Assembly: GCA_965219095.1 (NCBI GenBank)
Contig: CBDCMT010000001.1
Span: 224,001-288,000 of the forward strand
Length of the DNA stretch: 64,000 nucleotides
Reading direction: 5' to 3'
Source: Bdellovibrionales bacterium
GTDB lineage: Bacteria > Bdellovibrionota > Bdellovibrionia > Bdellovibrionales > UBA1609
Below, piece after piece: positions 1 through 9,273 of this stretch. Every line of letters begins with the position of its first letter. The first letter of the stretch is position 1. The position numbers and the translations under genes were made by a program. The notes below the pieces were generated by a model. It was not told the DNA's origin. It saw nothing but the letters and a program-made list of their open reading frames with translations, and made no database searches.

Positions 1-848
1 TAATCTACTGAACCATGAAGTCTTTTCCAACGAATGCGAAACTCTTGATGTCTTTCTTTTGGCAAATAATTGAGGATATTTCTTTCTTTGTGACGAATGC
101 AACGTTGAACAACAGACTTTTTTCCCCAAACTGCCTTGATAGCCTTCCTTAGAGCTTTAGAACCATCAATAACAAAAAGATAGCCCTTATCTGAATCCAT
201 ACCTCTAGAAACAAGGTTCTCTAAAAGATCTTTTGTCAGCTCGCAATTTTCTGTAGTTCCTTCTCGTAACCCTATAATGTGCTTTTTGCCCGTCACGTCG
301 ATACCTAAAGCAACCACCACTGTACGATCTCCAAAGCCTACTCCATCTATCATGACTGAAACAAACTCATGCTTAGACAAGTCCTTAGAGCTTATCTCAT
401 CTAAAGCCTTCTTAGAGGAATTTACAAAAGCTCTAGAAACAGAACTCTTCTTAACTCCTGTGCCACCAGAGATCTCCTCTAAAAGAGGATCGTAGTCCCT
501 TGTTGAAACTCCATGGAGAAGGTGGTTCTGAATCTTTTCAGTGAAAACATCGTAGTTTCTCAAAGCAGAGTATGTTCGCAGTTTGACATCTTTTCCGTCT
601 TTTTTAACTCTGGGCTTTCGAATCGAAACTCTTTGTCCTTGAGCATAAACAGACCCAGGATCGCTTCCATTTCGCATGCATTCTTCCTCTCGATCGTATA
701 GTGGACCACAGAGCTTAGTGACTTCGTCATTAAATATCCAGTAGATTACGTCAAGAATTCTATGCTTCATATAGTTATGAACAGCATCTTGAATCTCCTT
801 GTGATCCGATAGTTCTTGAATTGATATTTTTTCTTTTGTATTCTTCAT
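1..848 (-). CDS. IS256-family (Mutator-type) transposase, partial
   Basis: Not in ORF track (runs off the edge). AAGGAG RBS then ATG at 848; reads MKNTKEKI...GVSTRDY...VMIDG...VVALGID..GKKHIIGLREG..EN...FVIDGSKALRKAI...VQRCIRHKERN. Confidence 0.9.
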   Translation of the reverse strand, partial: MKNTKEKISIQELSDHKEIQDAVHNYMKHRILDVIYWIFNDEVTKLCGPLYDREEECMRNGSDPGSVYAQGQRVSIRKPRVKKDGKDVKLRTYSALRNYDVFTEKIQNHLLHGVSTRDYDPLLEEISGGTGVKKSSVSRAFVNSSKKALDEISSKDLSKHEFVSVMIDGVGFGDRTVVVALGIDVTGKKHIIGLREGTTENCELTKDLLENLVSRGMDSDKGYLFVIDGSKALRKAIKAVWGKKSVVQRCIRHKERNILNYLPKERHQEFRIRWKRLHGSVD

Positions 849-983
849 TTTGGACTCCTTTTGTTTAATTTTTAATTCATTCTAAATATTTATTAAATCC
901 TAGGTGGACTTAAAAATCCACCAGGGAGTCCTCTTATCTGCTCCATTTTTGAACAGAATTCCACCGAGAAATGGGACATCCTC
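1..983 (-). mobile_element. IS256-family element (left end; runs off window start)
   Basis: Minus-strand transposase ORF; putative left terminus GAGGATGTCCCATTTCTCGGTGGAATT at 983, exactly where identity to the inverted duplicate stops. Confidence 0.85.
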
Positions 984-1039
984 AAAAACAACCTTCAAAA
1001 GGATACATGGCTGTTTGTCAAGGAAGTGATATTTAATCA

Positions 1040-1290
1040 CCTAAATTCGGGGCAAAAAATATCCACTACAAACATCCTAACATTTAAAATATCTTAAAAC
1101 GGTCTTTCTTCCTCTGAGAAAAGACAAGATTTCTTGAAAAAGAAAGGGGTTTGCCATTGACTACTATCTGTAGTAGTGTATATATTATACATTATAGGAG
1201 GGGATATGAGCTTCATAAGAAAAATAAAAAAAGGCAATAAAACTTAGTAAAATGACAACTGTAGTGTATATTTTTGACCCCGAATTTAGG
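1040..1290 (+). mobile_element. MITE, internally deleted IS1634-like element
   Basis: Terminal IRs CCTAAATTCGGGG...CCCCGAATTTAGG; flanking direct repeat TTAATCA; GGAGG RBS plus MSFIRKIKKGNKT stub resembling IS1634 transposase N-termini. Confidence 0.75.
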
Positions 1291-1349
1291 TTAATCAGTT
1301 ACACAATTTAATTTACAGACTCATAATACAGTTTTCTGACTTTACTTTT

Positions 1350-1904
1350 TCAATCCAGTCCTTTGAGAAATTCTACTACATCAAAATGTCCTTTTGCTTT
1401 CGCCAACATAAGTGCTGTCCTTCCCTTATTATCTTTAGCATTTACATTTGAAACTTTAAAAAGAATCCTTACAATATCGAGATGTCCTACTCTTGCGGCC
1501 CACATAAATGCTGTCCATCCGCTATAATCTGTAGCATTTACATCTGAAACTTTAGAAAGAAACTCTACTACATCTGCATGTCCGTAACGTGCGGCCCACA
1601 TAAGTGCTGTCCATCCGTCATAATCTGTAGCATTTACATTTGAAACTTTAGAAAGAAATTCTACTACATCTACACGTCCGTAACGTGCGGCCAACATAAA
1701 TGCTGTCTTTCCCTTATTATTTTTAGCATTTACATCTAAACCTTTAACTTTAGAAAGAAGCTCTACAATAATATTGAGATGTCCGTAATATGCTGCATAC
1801 ATAAATGCTGTCATTCCCATATTATTTTTAGCATTTACATCTAAACCCTTAACTTTAGAAAGAAATCTTACAATATCGAGATATCCGTAAAATGCTGCAT
1901 ACAT
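1350..1904 (-). CDS. Ankyrin-repeat protein, N-terminally truncated by IS630
   Basis: About 6 repeats G.TA(L/F)M.AA.YGH.DVVEFL...DVNA.D; frame stays open upstream to the IS end near 1971. Confidence 0.9.
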   Translation of the reverse strand: MYAAFYGYLDIVRFLSKVKGLDVNAKNNMGMTAFMYAAYYGHLNIIVELLSKVKGLDVNAKNNKGKTAFMLAARYGRVDVVEFLSKVSNVNATDYDGWTALMWAARYGHADVVEFLSKVSDVNATDYSGWTAFMWAARVGHLDIVRILFKVSNVNAKDNKGRTALMLAKAKGHFDVVEFLKGLD

Positions 1905-1970
1905 AAGTGCTGTCCATTGACTGTCATTATCTTTAGCATTTACATCTGAAACTTTAGAAAGAAACTCTAC

Positions 1971-3110
1971 TATACTCCTTCCGTTTAAGTTTTCCGTTTT
2001 TTTTGAGTTGAGGTCTAGTTTTTATTCTAAGGTCTTGATAAAAAGTCATTTATTTTTAAAAATAGTTTCATATGTCAGGGTTTCTATCAAAAAAAGAGCG
2101 AAAAGATTTACTCTATGAACTATCTCTAGAGAAAAATCTTAAATACGCAAAAAGGATTATGACAATTCTCCATTTAGATAAAGGTGAGTTGTGTAAAGAT
2201 ATTTCCCGTTTTCTTTTCATTGATGAGGGCACGATAAGAGCCTGTAGAGATCGTTATAACAAAGGCGGAATAGAGTGCTTAATCAACGACAATTACAGTT
2301 CTAAAAGGTCCTTTTTAACTCAAAAAGAGGAGAAAATGCTTTGTAAGACATTAGAGAAAAGAATTTTTCCATCATCACAGGCTGTTATTCAGTTCATTGA
2401 GGAGAATTTTAGTGTTACGTACTCAACAAGTGGTGTGATTGATCTTCTCCATCGCCTTGGTTTTTCTTATAAAAAAGCCACAGCGGTGCCGGGTAAGGCA
2501 AAGAGAGAAGAGCAGGAAAAGTTTGTGCGTAAATACAAGAGAATTAAGAAGAAAGACGGTCCTGTTTACTTTGCTGATTCCACACATCCTGAGTGGGGCC
2601 CTACAATTTCATATGGTTGGATAAGAGAGGGTAAGAAGTTTGAAGTGAAGACCAATTCAGGCTGGAGAAAAAGAGTGAATGTTTGTGGAGCTATTGAGAT
2701 CAATAGTTTAAAGACGGTAGTCAGGAGTTATAAGACAGTCAACCATGTTTCTATATGTGATATGCTCCATCATCTTCGCAAGAAGCATCCCGATGAAAAA
2801 GAGATTCATCTTATCTTAGATGGGGCCGGATACAATAGATCAAAGTCTGTCAAGAAGTTAGCGAAAGAGTTGAATATAAAACTTGTTTATCTTCCTCCGT
2901 ACTCACCGAATTTAAATCCTATAGAAAGGCTTTGGAAGTTTATGAAAAAAGAGGTCACGGCGAATCGATATTATGAAAACTATGACGATTTCAAGGGAAG
3001 TTTAAGTCAATTTTTTAGAGGAATACGAAAACACAGACCTAAATTAGAAACTTTGATAACTGATAACTTCTCTATCTTAGGAAACTGAAAACCTAAACGG
3101 AAGCACTATA
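1971..3110 (+). mobile_element. IS630-family element type A
   Basis: Ends TATACTCCTTCCG (degenerate versus TATAGTGCTTCCG in other copies) and CGGAAGCACTATA; TA flanks. Confidence 0.9.
2072..3088 (+). CDS. IS630-family transposase (type A)
   Basis: HTH N-terminus; YFADSTH, LILDGAGY, LPPYSPNLNPIERLW motifs. Confidence 0.95.
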   Translation: MSGFLSKKERKDLLYELSLEKNLKYAKRIMTILHLDKGELCKDISRFLFIDEGTIRACRDRYNKGGIECLINDNYSSKRSFLTQKEEKMLCKTLEKRIFPSSQAVIQFIEENFSVTYSTSGVIDLLHRLGFSYKKATAVPGKAKREEQEKFVRKYKRIKKKDGPVYFADSTHPEWGPTISYGWIREGKKFEVKTNSGWRKRVNVCGAIEINSLKTVVRSYKTVNHVSICDMLHHLRKKHPDEKEIHLILDGAGYNRSKSVKKLAKELNIKLVYLPPYSPNLNPIERLWKFMKKEVTANRYYENYDDFKGSLSQFFRGIRKHRPKLETLITDNFSILGN

Positions 3111-3333
3111 TAACATCTATTACAATTTAAAGCTTGTTTTTATAACTTCTCCCCTCAGAATCCACAGAAAACCCTTTGTCATAAGAGATTCTCATAGATA
3201 TCTTTTTGATTTTTCTTCTATTTTCCAGAAAGAACATTTTAAACTACCTTTTGATAACATCAACTTTTACCTTGATTTTTTCCTTATCTGAAAATATTTA
3301 TAAACTCTTAACTGTTAGACATAGTCTATAAAA

Positions 3334-3361
3334 TTTACAAAAGTTTTATAAAAAATATAGT
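3334..3361 (+). promoter_or_regulatory. Candidate sigma70-like promoter conserved upstream of all four array paralogs
   Basis: TTTACA-N16-TATAGT in a block repeated near 6419, 9434 and, with variants, 15420. Confidence 0.4.
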
Positions 3362-3489
3362 AAAAAAGTTAGTTGAACTTTTTTAATTGTCTTAACTGTA
3401 TAAAAAATGATAATAATGATGAAAAATAATTACGCTGGGTGTTTCAGTTAATTTCAAAGGATAAATACGATTTTAAGGAATATGATTTT

Positions 3490-5865
3490 ATGAACTTTAA
3501 AACCTTCTTGTTTGCTTTAAGCTTTCCAGTTTTTTTCTCATTCTCGCAGCTCACTTTTTCACAAACTCCTGTGAGTTCAGATCAACTCACCGAAGCTATC
3601 AAAGAAGCTCGCCTCACAAATCCAGAACTTCGGTACATCAAAAACTTAGCTGAAAGTATGGGAGTCCGGGTCTGGCTTTTAGGAGGATCAGCCTCTAGTT
3701 TAGCTCACTATGTGAAAAAAGATCTAGAACGAAAGGAAAATAAGAACAGGGGCTGGTTTAAACTCCAAAAAGAACATTTCGATTACGACTACACAAAGAT
3801 CTTTTTTCCCACTCAGGATATAGATTTAGTCATAGAAGGGGGGTCAGAGGAAGAAGCCTCAAGGCTAGAAGGAGAGCTTTCTAGAAAGTTTCCTTACTTT
3901 CAAGGAAACAGCAATAAAAGTGCTTGGGAGGTAAGGCCCTTAAGAGAATCAAGAGGTCCAAAGGCACCTTTATTGGAAGGAGATGTATTAAAACAGCATA
4001 CCGATTCTTATTCTGTGATGATGATAGAGCTGACCGAATCTAAAGATCCTGTAGTAAGAAGCATCAAGGAGTGGGATGCTAAAAACCCTTCCCTTTTAGA
4101 AGATCTTCTCAAAGGAGAAATAAGCTATTATGATTCAGAAAATCATAAAGAAACTCAAAGGTACAAGGAGGGTATGAATCCTGAGATCTTTTCAGTCATC
4201 CGTTATCTGATTAAGATGTTTCAGTATGAACTAAAGCCTAAAAAAGAAGATTTAGAAAGGATTAAAGAAATTATAAATGAATTTTCAGCTTCAGAATTAG
4301 AAACAGGTTACGCAGAGTTCTGGTGGAAGATGAATGTAAGAAAGTTATTTATGCAAAATTCTGATCTGGAGAGAGCTTGGAGAGTGCTTGATGAATTAGG
4401 TTTAAAAGAAAAGCTCATAAGCTTGGGAGGGGATCAAGATAGAAAAGAAAGTCTTGCTTTTTGGTTTCATAAAGAGCCTTTAAAAACTAAGAACATAGGA
4501 GAAGGAGAGGGAAGGACAGCTAAGGATCTGGGAATAGAGATCGTATCTCATGAAACAAGTGATTTCGAAGCTTATGAAATTATAACAAGATCTCTTGAAG
4601 GAAAGCCTAATGTTTTTATTTCAAGAGAAAATGTTGTAGGGGAACTTGCATCCTATGGTGAGGGTTTTTACACATCGAAAGAACTAACAGGATGGGGGGA
4701 AACTGGTTTTATGATTCAGTTTCATGTACACCCTGAAGCAAGAGAGGGAGCAGATTTTGCATTTTTTGCATTAAACGGTGATACAGTTATTTTTCGTAAC
4801 AAAGCTGTATTGAGAGTAATTCCTGATAGCTTTAACCTAAGTTTCAGAGGGTTTTTCGAGTTTTTGAAAGGAAGTAAAAAAAACTGGAACAAAGAAAAAG
4901 GCTTGTTAAAAAGGTTAAGAAGAAAAATCAATCGTGAATTATTAAACGGTAAAGTCAGTGATAAGGATCTAGATTATGTTTATAAAGAGATTGTTTTAAA
5001 GTCAATTGAAAAGAAAGATTCTTCATGGGAAGTTGTAGTTCAAGAATGGTTCGAACTGGATCTTTTCCTAAGTTTCAGAGATTTTTTCGAGTTTTTGAAA
5101 GGAAGTAAAAAAAACTGGGATGATGAAAAAGGCTTGTTAGAAAGGTTAAGAAGAAAAATCAATCGTGAATTATTAAACGGTAAAGTCAGTGATAAGGATC
5201 TAGATTATGTTTATAAAGAGATTGTTTTAAAGTCAATTGAAAAGAAAGATTCTTCATGGGAAGTTGTAGTTCAAGAATGGTTCGAACTGGATCTTTCCCT
5301 AAAGTATCTTGATATTGATTTCATTGAACGCTTGATCAACATGGGAAACTTGAAAATTCATTTCTGTATTATAAGATTTTTATCAGAAGACCGAATAATT
5401 CAAGAATATCATAAAGAATGGGTGAGATTGGTGAAGTATATGATTAAGGTAGATAGAGCCCTTTATCTTATCTATTACGTTTTATCAAAAGACTTAGTGA
5501 TTCAAAAATATTATAAGGAATGGTTGGAGTTTATGAAAGTTTTGATTGAAAAAGGCTACGGACAATATATTATAGGGTCTATTTTATCAAAAGACTTAGT
5601 GATTCAAAAAGATCATGAAGAATGGATGGAATTAGTGAAATATTTGATTAAAAAAGGCTATAGACGCGAGGTTCTCGTTCTTTTATCAGACTGGTCAGTT
5701 ATGGAGAGCCTTATGAAAGGACAATTAATTCAAACTTTGATAGAAAAAGATATTCTTACTAAATCTATGGAAGAAAAGTTAGCCACAATAGACTCTCAGT
5801 GGAGAAAAAGGCTTCGAACTGCTAAAAAAATAGGAGAAGACTTTTCTTGCAAGTCTCTTTTTTAA
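3490..5865 (+). CDS. Secreted multidomain protein, paralog 1: diverged class II nucleotidyltransferase + ADP-ribosyltransferase-like domain + helical repeats
   Basis: Likely start ATG 3490 (AAGGA upstream; signal peptide MNFKTFLFALSFPVFFSFSQLTFS); WLLGGS..QDID; WEVRPLR; LLEDLLKGEI; SHET; YGEGFYT; C-terminal SCKSLF. Confidence 0.65.
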   Translation: MNFKTFLFALSFPVFFSFSQLTFSQTPVSSDQLTEAIKEARLTNPELRYIKNLAESMGVRVWLLGGSASSLAHYVKKDLERKENKNRGWFKLQKEHFDYDYTKIFFPTQDIDLVIEGGSEEEASRLEGELSRKFPYFQGNSNKSAWEVRPLRESRGPKAPLLEGDVLKQHTDSYSVMMIELTESKDPVVRSIKEWDAKNPSLLEDLLKGEISYYDSENHKETQRYKEGMNPEIFSVIRYLIKMFQYELKPKKEDLERIKEIINEFSASELETGYAEFWWKMNVRKLFMQNSDLERAWRVLDELGLKEKLISLGGDQDRKESLAFWFHKEPLKTKNIGEGEGRTAKDLGIEIVSHETSDFEAYEIITRSLEGKPNVFISRENVVGELASYGEGFYTSKELTGWGETGFMIQFHVHPEAREGADFAFFALNGDTVIFRNKAVLRVIPDSFNLSFRGFFEFLKGSKKNWNKEKGLLKRLRRKINRELLNGKVSDKDLDYVYKEIVLKSIEKKDSSWEVVVQEWFELDLFLSFRDFFEFLKGSKKNWDDEKGLLERLRRKINRELLNGKVSDKDLDYVYKEIVLKSIEKKDSSWEVVVQEWFELDLSLKYLDIDFIERLINMGNLKIHFCIIRFLSEDRIIQEYHKEWVRLVKYMIKVDRALYLIYYVLSKDLVIQKYYKEWLEFMKVLIEKGYGQYIIGSILSKDLVIQKDHEEWMELVKYLIKKGYRREVLVLLSDWSVMESLMKGQLIQTLIEKDILTKSMEEKLATIDSQWRKRLRTAKKIGEDFSCKSLF
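4836..5297 (+). repeat. Intragenic 2 x 231-bp (77-aa) tandem duplication
   Basis: LSFRxFFEFLKGSKKNW...VVQEWFELDL twice; also 7920-8380 in paralog 2; single unit in paralog 3. Confidence 0.9.
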
Positions 5866-6573
5866 AAAAGTGTGATAGTTGTGGCTTGATCTGACATGTC
5901 TTGAAATATCAGAAATATTTTACATGAATTAAAACCTTTATTCTATGAACATGGATGTGATTTTTGATTAGTGTTATTTATTGAAGTGAAGAAGAAAATT
6001 AAGCTGAAAAATAGGTTCGCTATTGATAGGGCGGATTTGTCTAAAATTGATTTGCCAGCATTCTCTTGGAAGCAAAAGGGATGTAGAGTATTCCCAAGAT
6101 TTGATAATTTTTGATAGAGTAGAATAGTTGATTTTACTTTTAAATTTCAGAAAAGAGTTCTTAAAAAAAAATCTAAAAACCAGTCTTCATCAAAGCTTGT
6201 TTTTATAACCTCCCCTTTCAGAATCTACAGAAAACCCTTTGTCATAAGAGATTCTCATAGATAGCTTTTTAATTTCTCTTCTATTTTCTAGAAAGAACAT
6301 TTTAAACTGCCTTTTGATAACATCAACTTTTATCTTAATCCTTAACAAAACCCTCTTTGATTTTTTTCTTATCTGAAAATATTTATGAACTCTTAACTGT
6401 CAGACACAATCTATAAAATTTACAAAAGTTTTATAAAAAATATAGTAAAAAAGTTAGTTGAAATTTTTCAAGTTGGCTTACTGCGTAAAAAATGATAAAA
6501 TGATGAGAAAAATATTCATAAGTTTTTTACAAAACTTCATAAGGGTAAATATGATTTTAAGGAATATGATTTT

Positions 6574-9273
6574 ATGAACTTAAAAAAATTTAAAACCTTC
6601 TTGCTTGCTTTAAGCTTTCCCGTTTTTTTCTTATTCTCGAAGTCCACTTTTTCACAAACTCATGTGGACTCAGACCAACTCACCGAAGCTATCAAACAAG
6701 CTCGCCTCACAAATCCAGAACTTCGGTACATCAAAAACTTAGCTGAAAGAATGGGAGTCCGGGTCTGGCTTTTGGGAGGATCAGCCTCCAGCTTAGCTTA
6801 CTATGTGAAAAAAGATCTAGAACGAAAGAAAGATAAGAACGAGGGCTGGTTTAAACCCCAAAAAGAACATTTCGGTTACGACTACACAAAGATCTTTTTT
6901 CCCACTCAGGATATAGATTTAGTTATAGAAGGGGGGTCAGGGGAAAAAGCTTCAAGGCTAGAAGAAGAGCTTTCTAGAAAGTTTCCCTACTTTCAAGGAA
7001 ACAGCAATAAAAGTGCTTGGGAGGTAAGGCCTTTAAGAGAATCAAGAGGTCCAAAGGCACCTTTATTGGAAGGAGATGTATTAAAACAGCATACCGATTC
7101 TTATTCTGTGATGATGATAGAGCTGACTGAATCTAAAGATCCTGTAGTAAGAAGCATCAAGGAGTGGGATTCCAGAAACTCTTCCCTTTTAGAAGATCTT
7201 CTCAAAGGAGAAATAAGCTATTATGATTCAAAAAATCATAAAGAAACTCAAAGGTACAAAGAGGGTATGAATCCTGAGATCTTTTCAGTCATCCGTTATT
7301 TGATTAAAATGTTTCAATATGAACTAAAGCCTAAAAAAGAAGATTTAGAAAGGATTAAAGAAATTATAAATGAATTTTCAGATTCAAAATTAAAAACAGG
7401 TTATGCAAAGTTCTGGTGGGAGATGAATGTAAGAAAGTTATTTATGCAAAATTCTGATCTGGAGAGAGCTTGGAGAGTGCTTGATGAATTAGGTTTAAAA
7501 GAAAAGCTCATAAATTTGGGGGGAGATAAAGAGAAAAAAGGAAGTCTTGCTTTTTGGTTTCATAAAGAGCCTTTAAAAGCTAAGAACATAGGAGAAGGAA
7601 AGGGAAGGACAGCTAAGGATCTGGGAATAGAGATCGTCTCTCATGAAACAAGAGATTTTAAAGCTTATGAAATTATAACAAGATCTCTTAAAGGAAAGCC
7701 TAATGCTTTTCTCTCAAGAGAAAATGCTGAGGGAGAGAATGCAGCATTTGGAGCGGGCTTGTACACAATGAAGGGGCTAACAGGAGCAGCGAGAGCTGGT
7801 TTTACGATTCGGTTTCATGTACACCCTGAAGCAAGAGAGGGAGCAGATTTTGCATTAGACGGTGATATAGTTATTTTTCGTAACAAAGCTGTATTGAGAG
7901 TAATTCCTGATAGCTTTAACCTAAATTTCAGAGAGTTTTTCGAGTTTTTGAAAAGAAGTAAAAAAAACTGGGACAATGAAAAAGGCTTGTTAGAAAGGTT
8001 AAAAAGAAAACTGGATCGTGAATTATTAAACGGTAAAGTCAGTGATAAGGATCTAGATTATGTTTATAAAGAGATTGTTTTAAAGTCAGTTAAAAAGGGA
8101 AACCCTTCATGGGAAATTGTCCTTCAAGAATGGTTTGAACTGGATCTTTTCCTAAGTTTCAGAGATTTTTTCGAGTTTTTGAGAAGAAGTGAAAAAAACT
8201 GGAACCTTGAACAAGGTTTGTTAGAAAAGTTAAGAAGAAAAATAAATCGTGAATCATTAAACGGTAAAGTCAGTGATAAGGATCTAGATTATGTTTATAA
8301 AGAGATTGTTTTAAAGTCAATTGAAAAGAAAGATTCTTCATGGGAATCTGTCATTTCAATATGGTTCACACTAGATATTTCTATAAAGTATCTTGATATT
8401 GATTTTATTAAACGCTTGATCGACAACATGGTAGGAGGGGAACCTCATCAATATATGATAAATATTATAAGGTTTATTTTATCAGATGACCGAATGATTC
8501 AGAAATATCATAAAGAATGGGTGAAAATCATGGAAGCTCTGATTGGAAGAGGCTACGCTAGTTTTATTGCAGAGTACTTTTTATCAAAAGACTTCGTGAT
8601 TCAAGAATATCATCAAGAATGGATGAAGTTAGTAAAATATATGATTAAAAAAGGCTACGGTGAATATATTATAAAGTACGTTTTATCAAAAGACTTAGTG
8701 ATTCGAAAATATCATAAGGAATGGACAAAGCTTATGAAATATTTCATAAATAAAGACTACCCCCTCAATCATAGAGTGATTTTAAAACGTGTTTTGTTAA
8801 AAGACTTAATAATTCAACAATACCCGGAAAAATGGGCGGAATGGATGGGGATTTTGGTTCGCAAACAATCTTATTCTGCTGCAGGATATGTTTTATCAAA
8901 AGAAATTGTAATTCAACAACATCCGGAAAAGTGGATGAAGTGGATGATTATAGTTTTATTTCCAGAACACCGTATGGGCACTTTTTATTATGCAGCTGAA
9001 GAACTGGTTTTATGGAAAAAGTCAATGATGAAGCATCCTCAGTGGGCAAAATTAATCCAACGTTTAGCGAAATTAGCGAAACAGTATAATGACCATGACT
9101 TAAAAGCCAGGATAGAAAAGTTAGTAAGAAACCACCCTCAGTGGAAAGAATGGCTGCAAACTACGAAAAGTAGCGAAGAAGATATGAAGTTTAAACTTAT
9201 TGAAGACTTTCTCAAATATAAGTCTAATGAAAAGCCTCAATTCTCAAAAAATTCTTGTAAGCTTCTCTTCTAA
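6574..9273 (+). CDS. Secreted NTase/ART-like multidomain protein, paralog 2
   Basis: N-terminal half nearly identical to paralog 1; SHET...FGAGLYT; more 34-aa repeats; different tail ending SCKLLF. Confidence 0.65.
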   Translation: MNLKKFKTFLLALSFPVFFLFSKSTFSQTHVDSDQLTEAIKQARLTNPELRYIKNLAERMGVRVWLLGGSASSLAYYVKKDLERKKDKNEGWFKPQKEHFGYDYTKIFFPTQDIDLVIEGGSGEKASRLEEELSRKFPYFQGNSNKSAWEVRPLRESRGPKAPLLEGDVLKQHTDSYSVMMIELTESKDPVVRSIKEWDSRNSSLLEDLLKGEISYYDSKNHKETQRYKEGMNPEIFSVIRYLIKMFQYELKPKKEDLERIKEIINEFSDSKLKTGYAKFWWEMNVRKLFMQNSDLERAWRVLDELGLKEKLINLGGDKEKKGSLAFWFHKEPLKAKNIGEGKGRTAKDLGIEIVSHETRDFKAYEIITRSLKGKPNAFLSRENAEGENAAFGAGLYTMKGLTGAARAGFTIRFHVHPEAREGADFALDGDIVIFRNKAVLRVIPDSFNLNFREFFEFLKRSKKNWDNEKGLLERLKRKLDRELLNGKVSDKDLDYVYKEIVLKSVKKGNPSWEIVLQEWFELDLFLSFRDFFEFLRRSEKNWNLEQGLLEKLRRKINRESLNGKVSDKDLDYVYKEIVLKSIEKKDSSWESVISIWFTLDISIKYLDIDFIKRLIDNMVGGEPHQYMINIIRFILSDDRMIQKYHKEWVKIMEALIGRGYASFIAEYFLSKDFVIQEYHQEWMKLVKYMIKKGYGEYIIKYVLSKDLVIRKYHKEWTKLMKYFINKDYPLNHRVILKRVLLKDLIIQQYPEKWAEWMGILVRKQSYSAAGYVLSKEIVIQQHPEKWMKWMIIVLFPEHRMGTFYYAAEELVLWKKSMMKHPQWAKLIQRLAKLAKQYNDHDLKARIEKLVRNHPQWKEWLQTTKSSEEDMKFKLIEDFLKYKSNEKPQFSKNSCKLLF

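Larger units (their letters stand above)
984..3261. repeat. 2278-bp segment, inverted-duplicated at 16067-18344
   Basis: Mirror coordinates sum to 19328; identical ankyrin and IS630 proteins; one SNP noticed (GGTGCC vs GGTACC near 2488/16840). Confidence 0.95.

Noticed and set aside
277..701. Short plus-strand ORFs and similar shadow ORFs elsewhere (2439, 4722, 10951, 19750, 27608, 31167, 54869, 61945)
   Set aside because: Antisense or alternate-frame overlaps of well-supported genes
5851..5865. CaaX prenylation motif
   Set aside because: Cys is fifth from the end, not fourth
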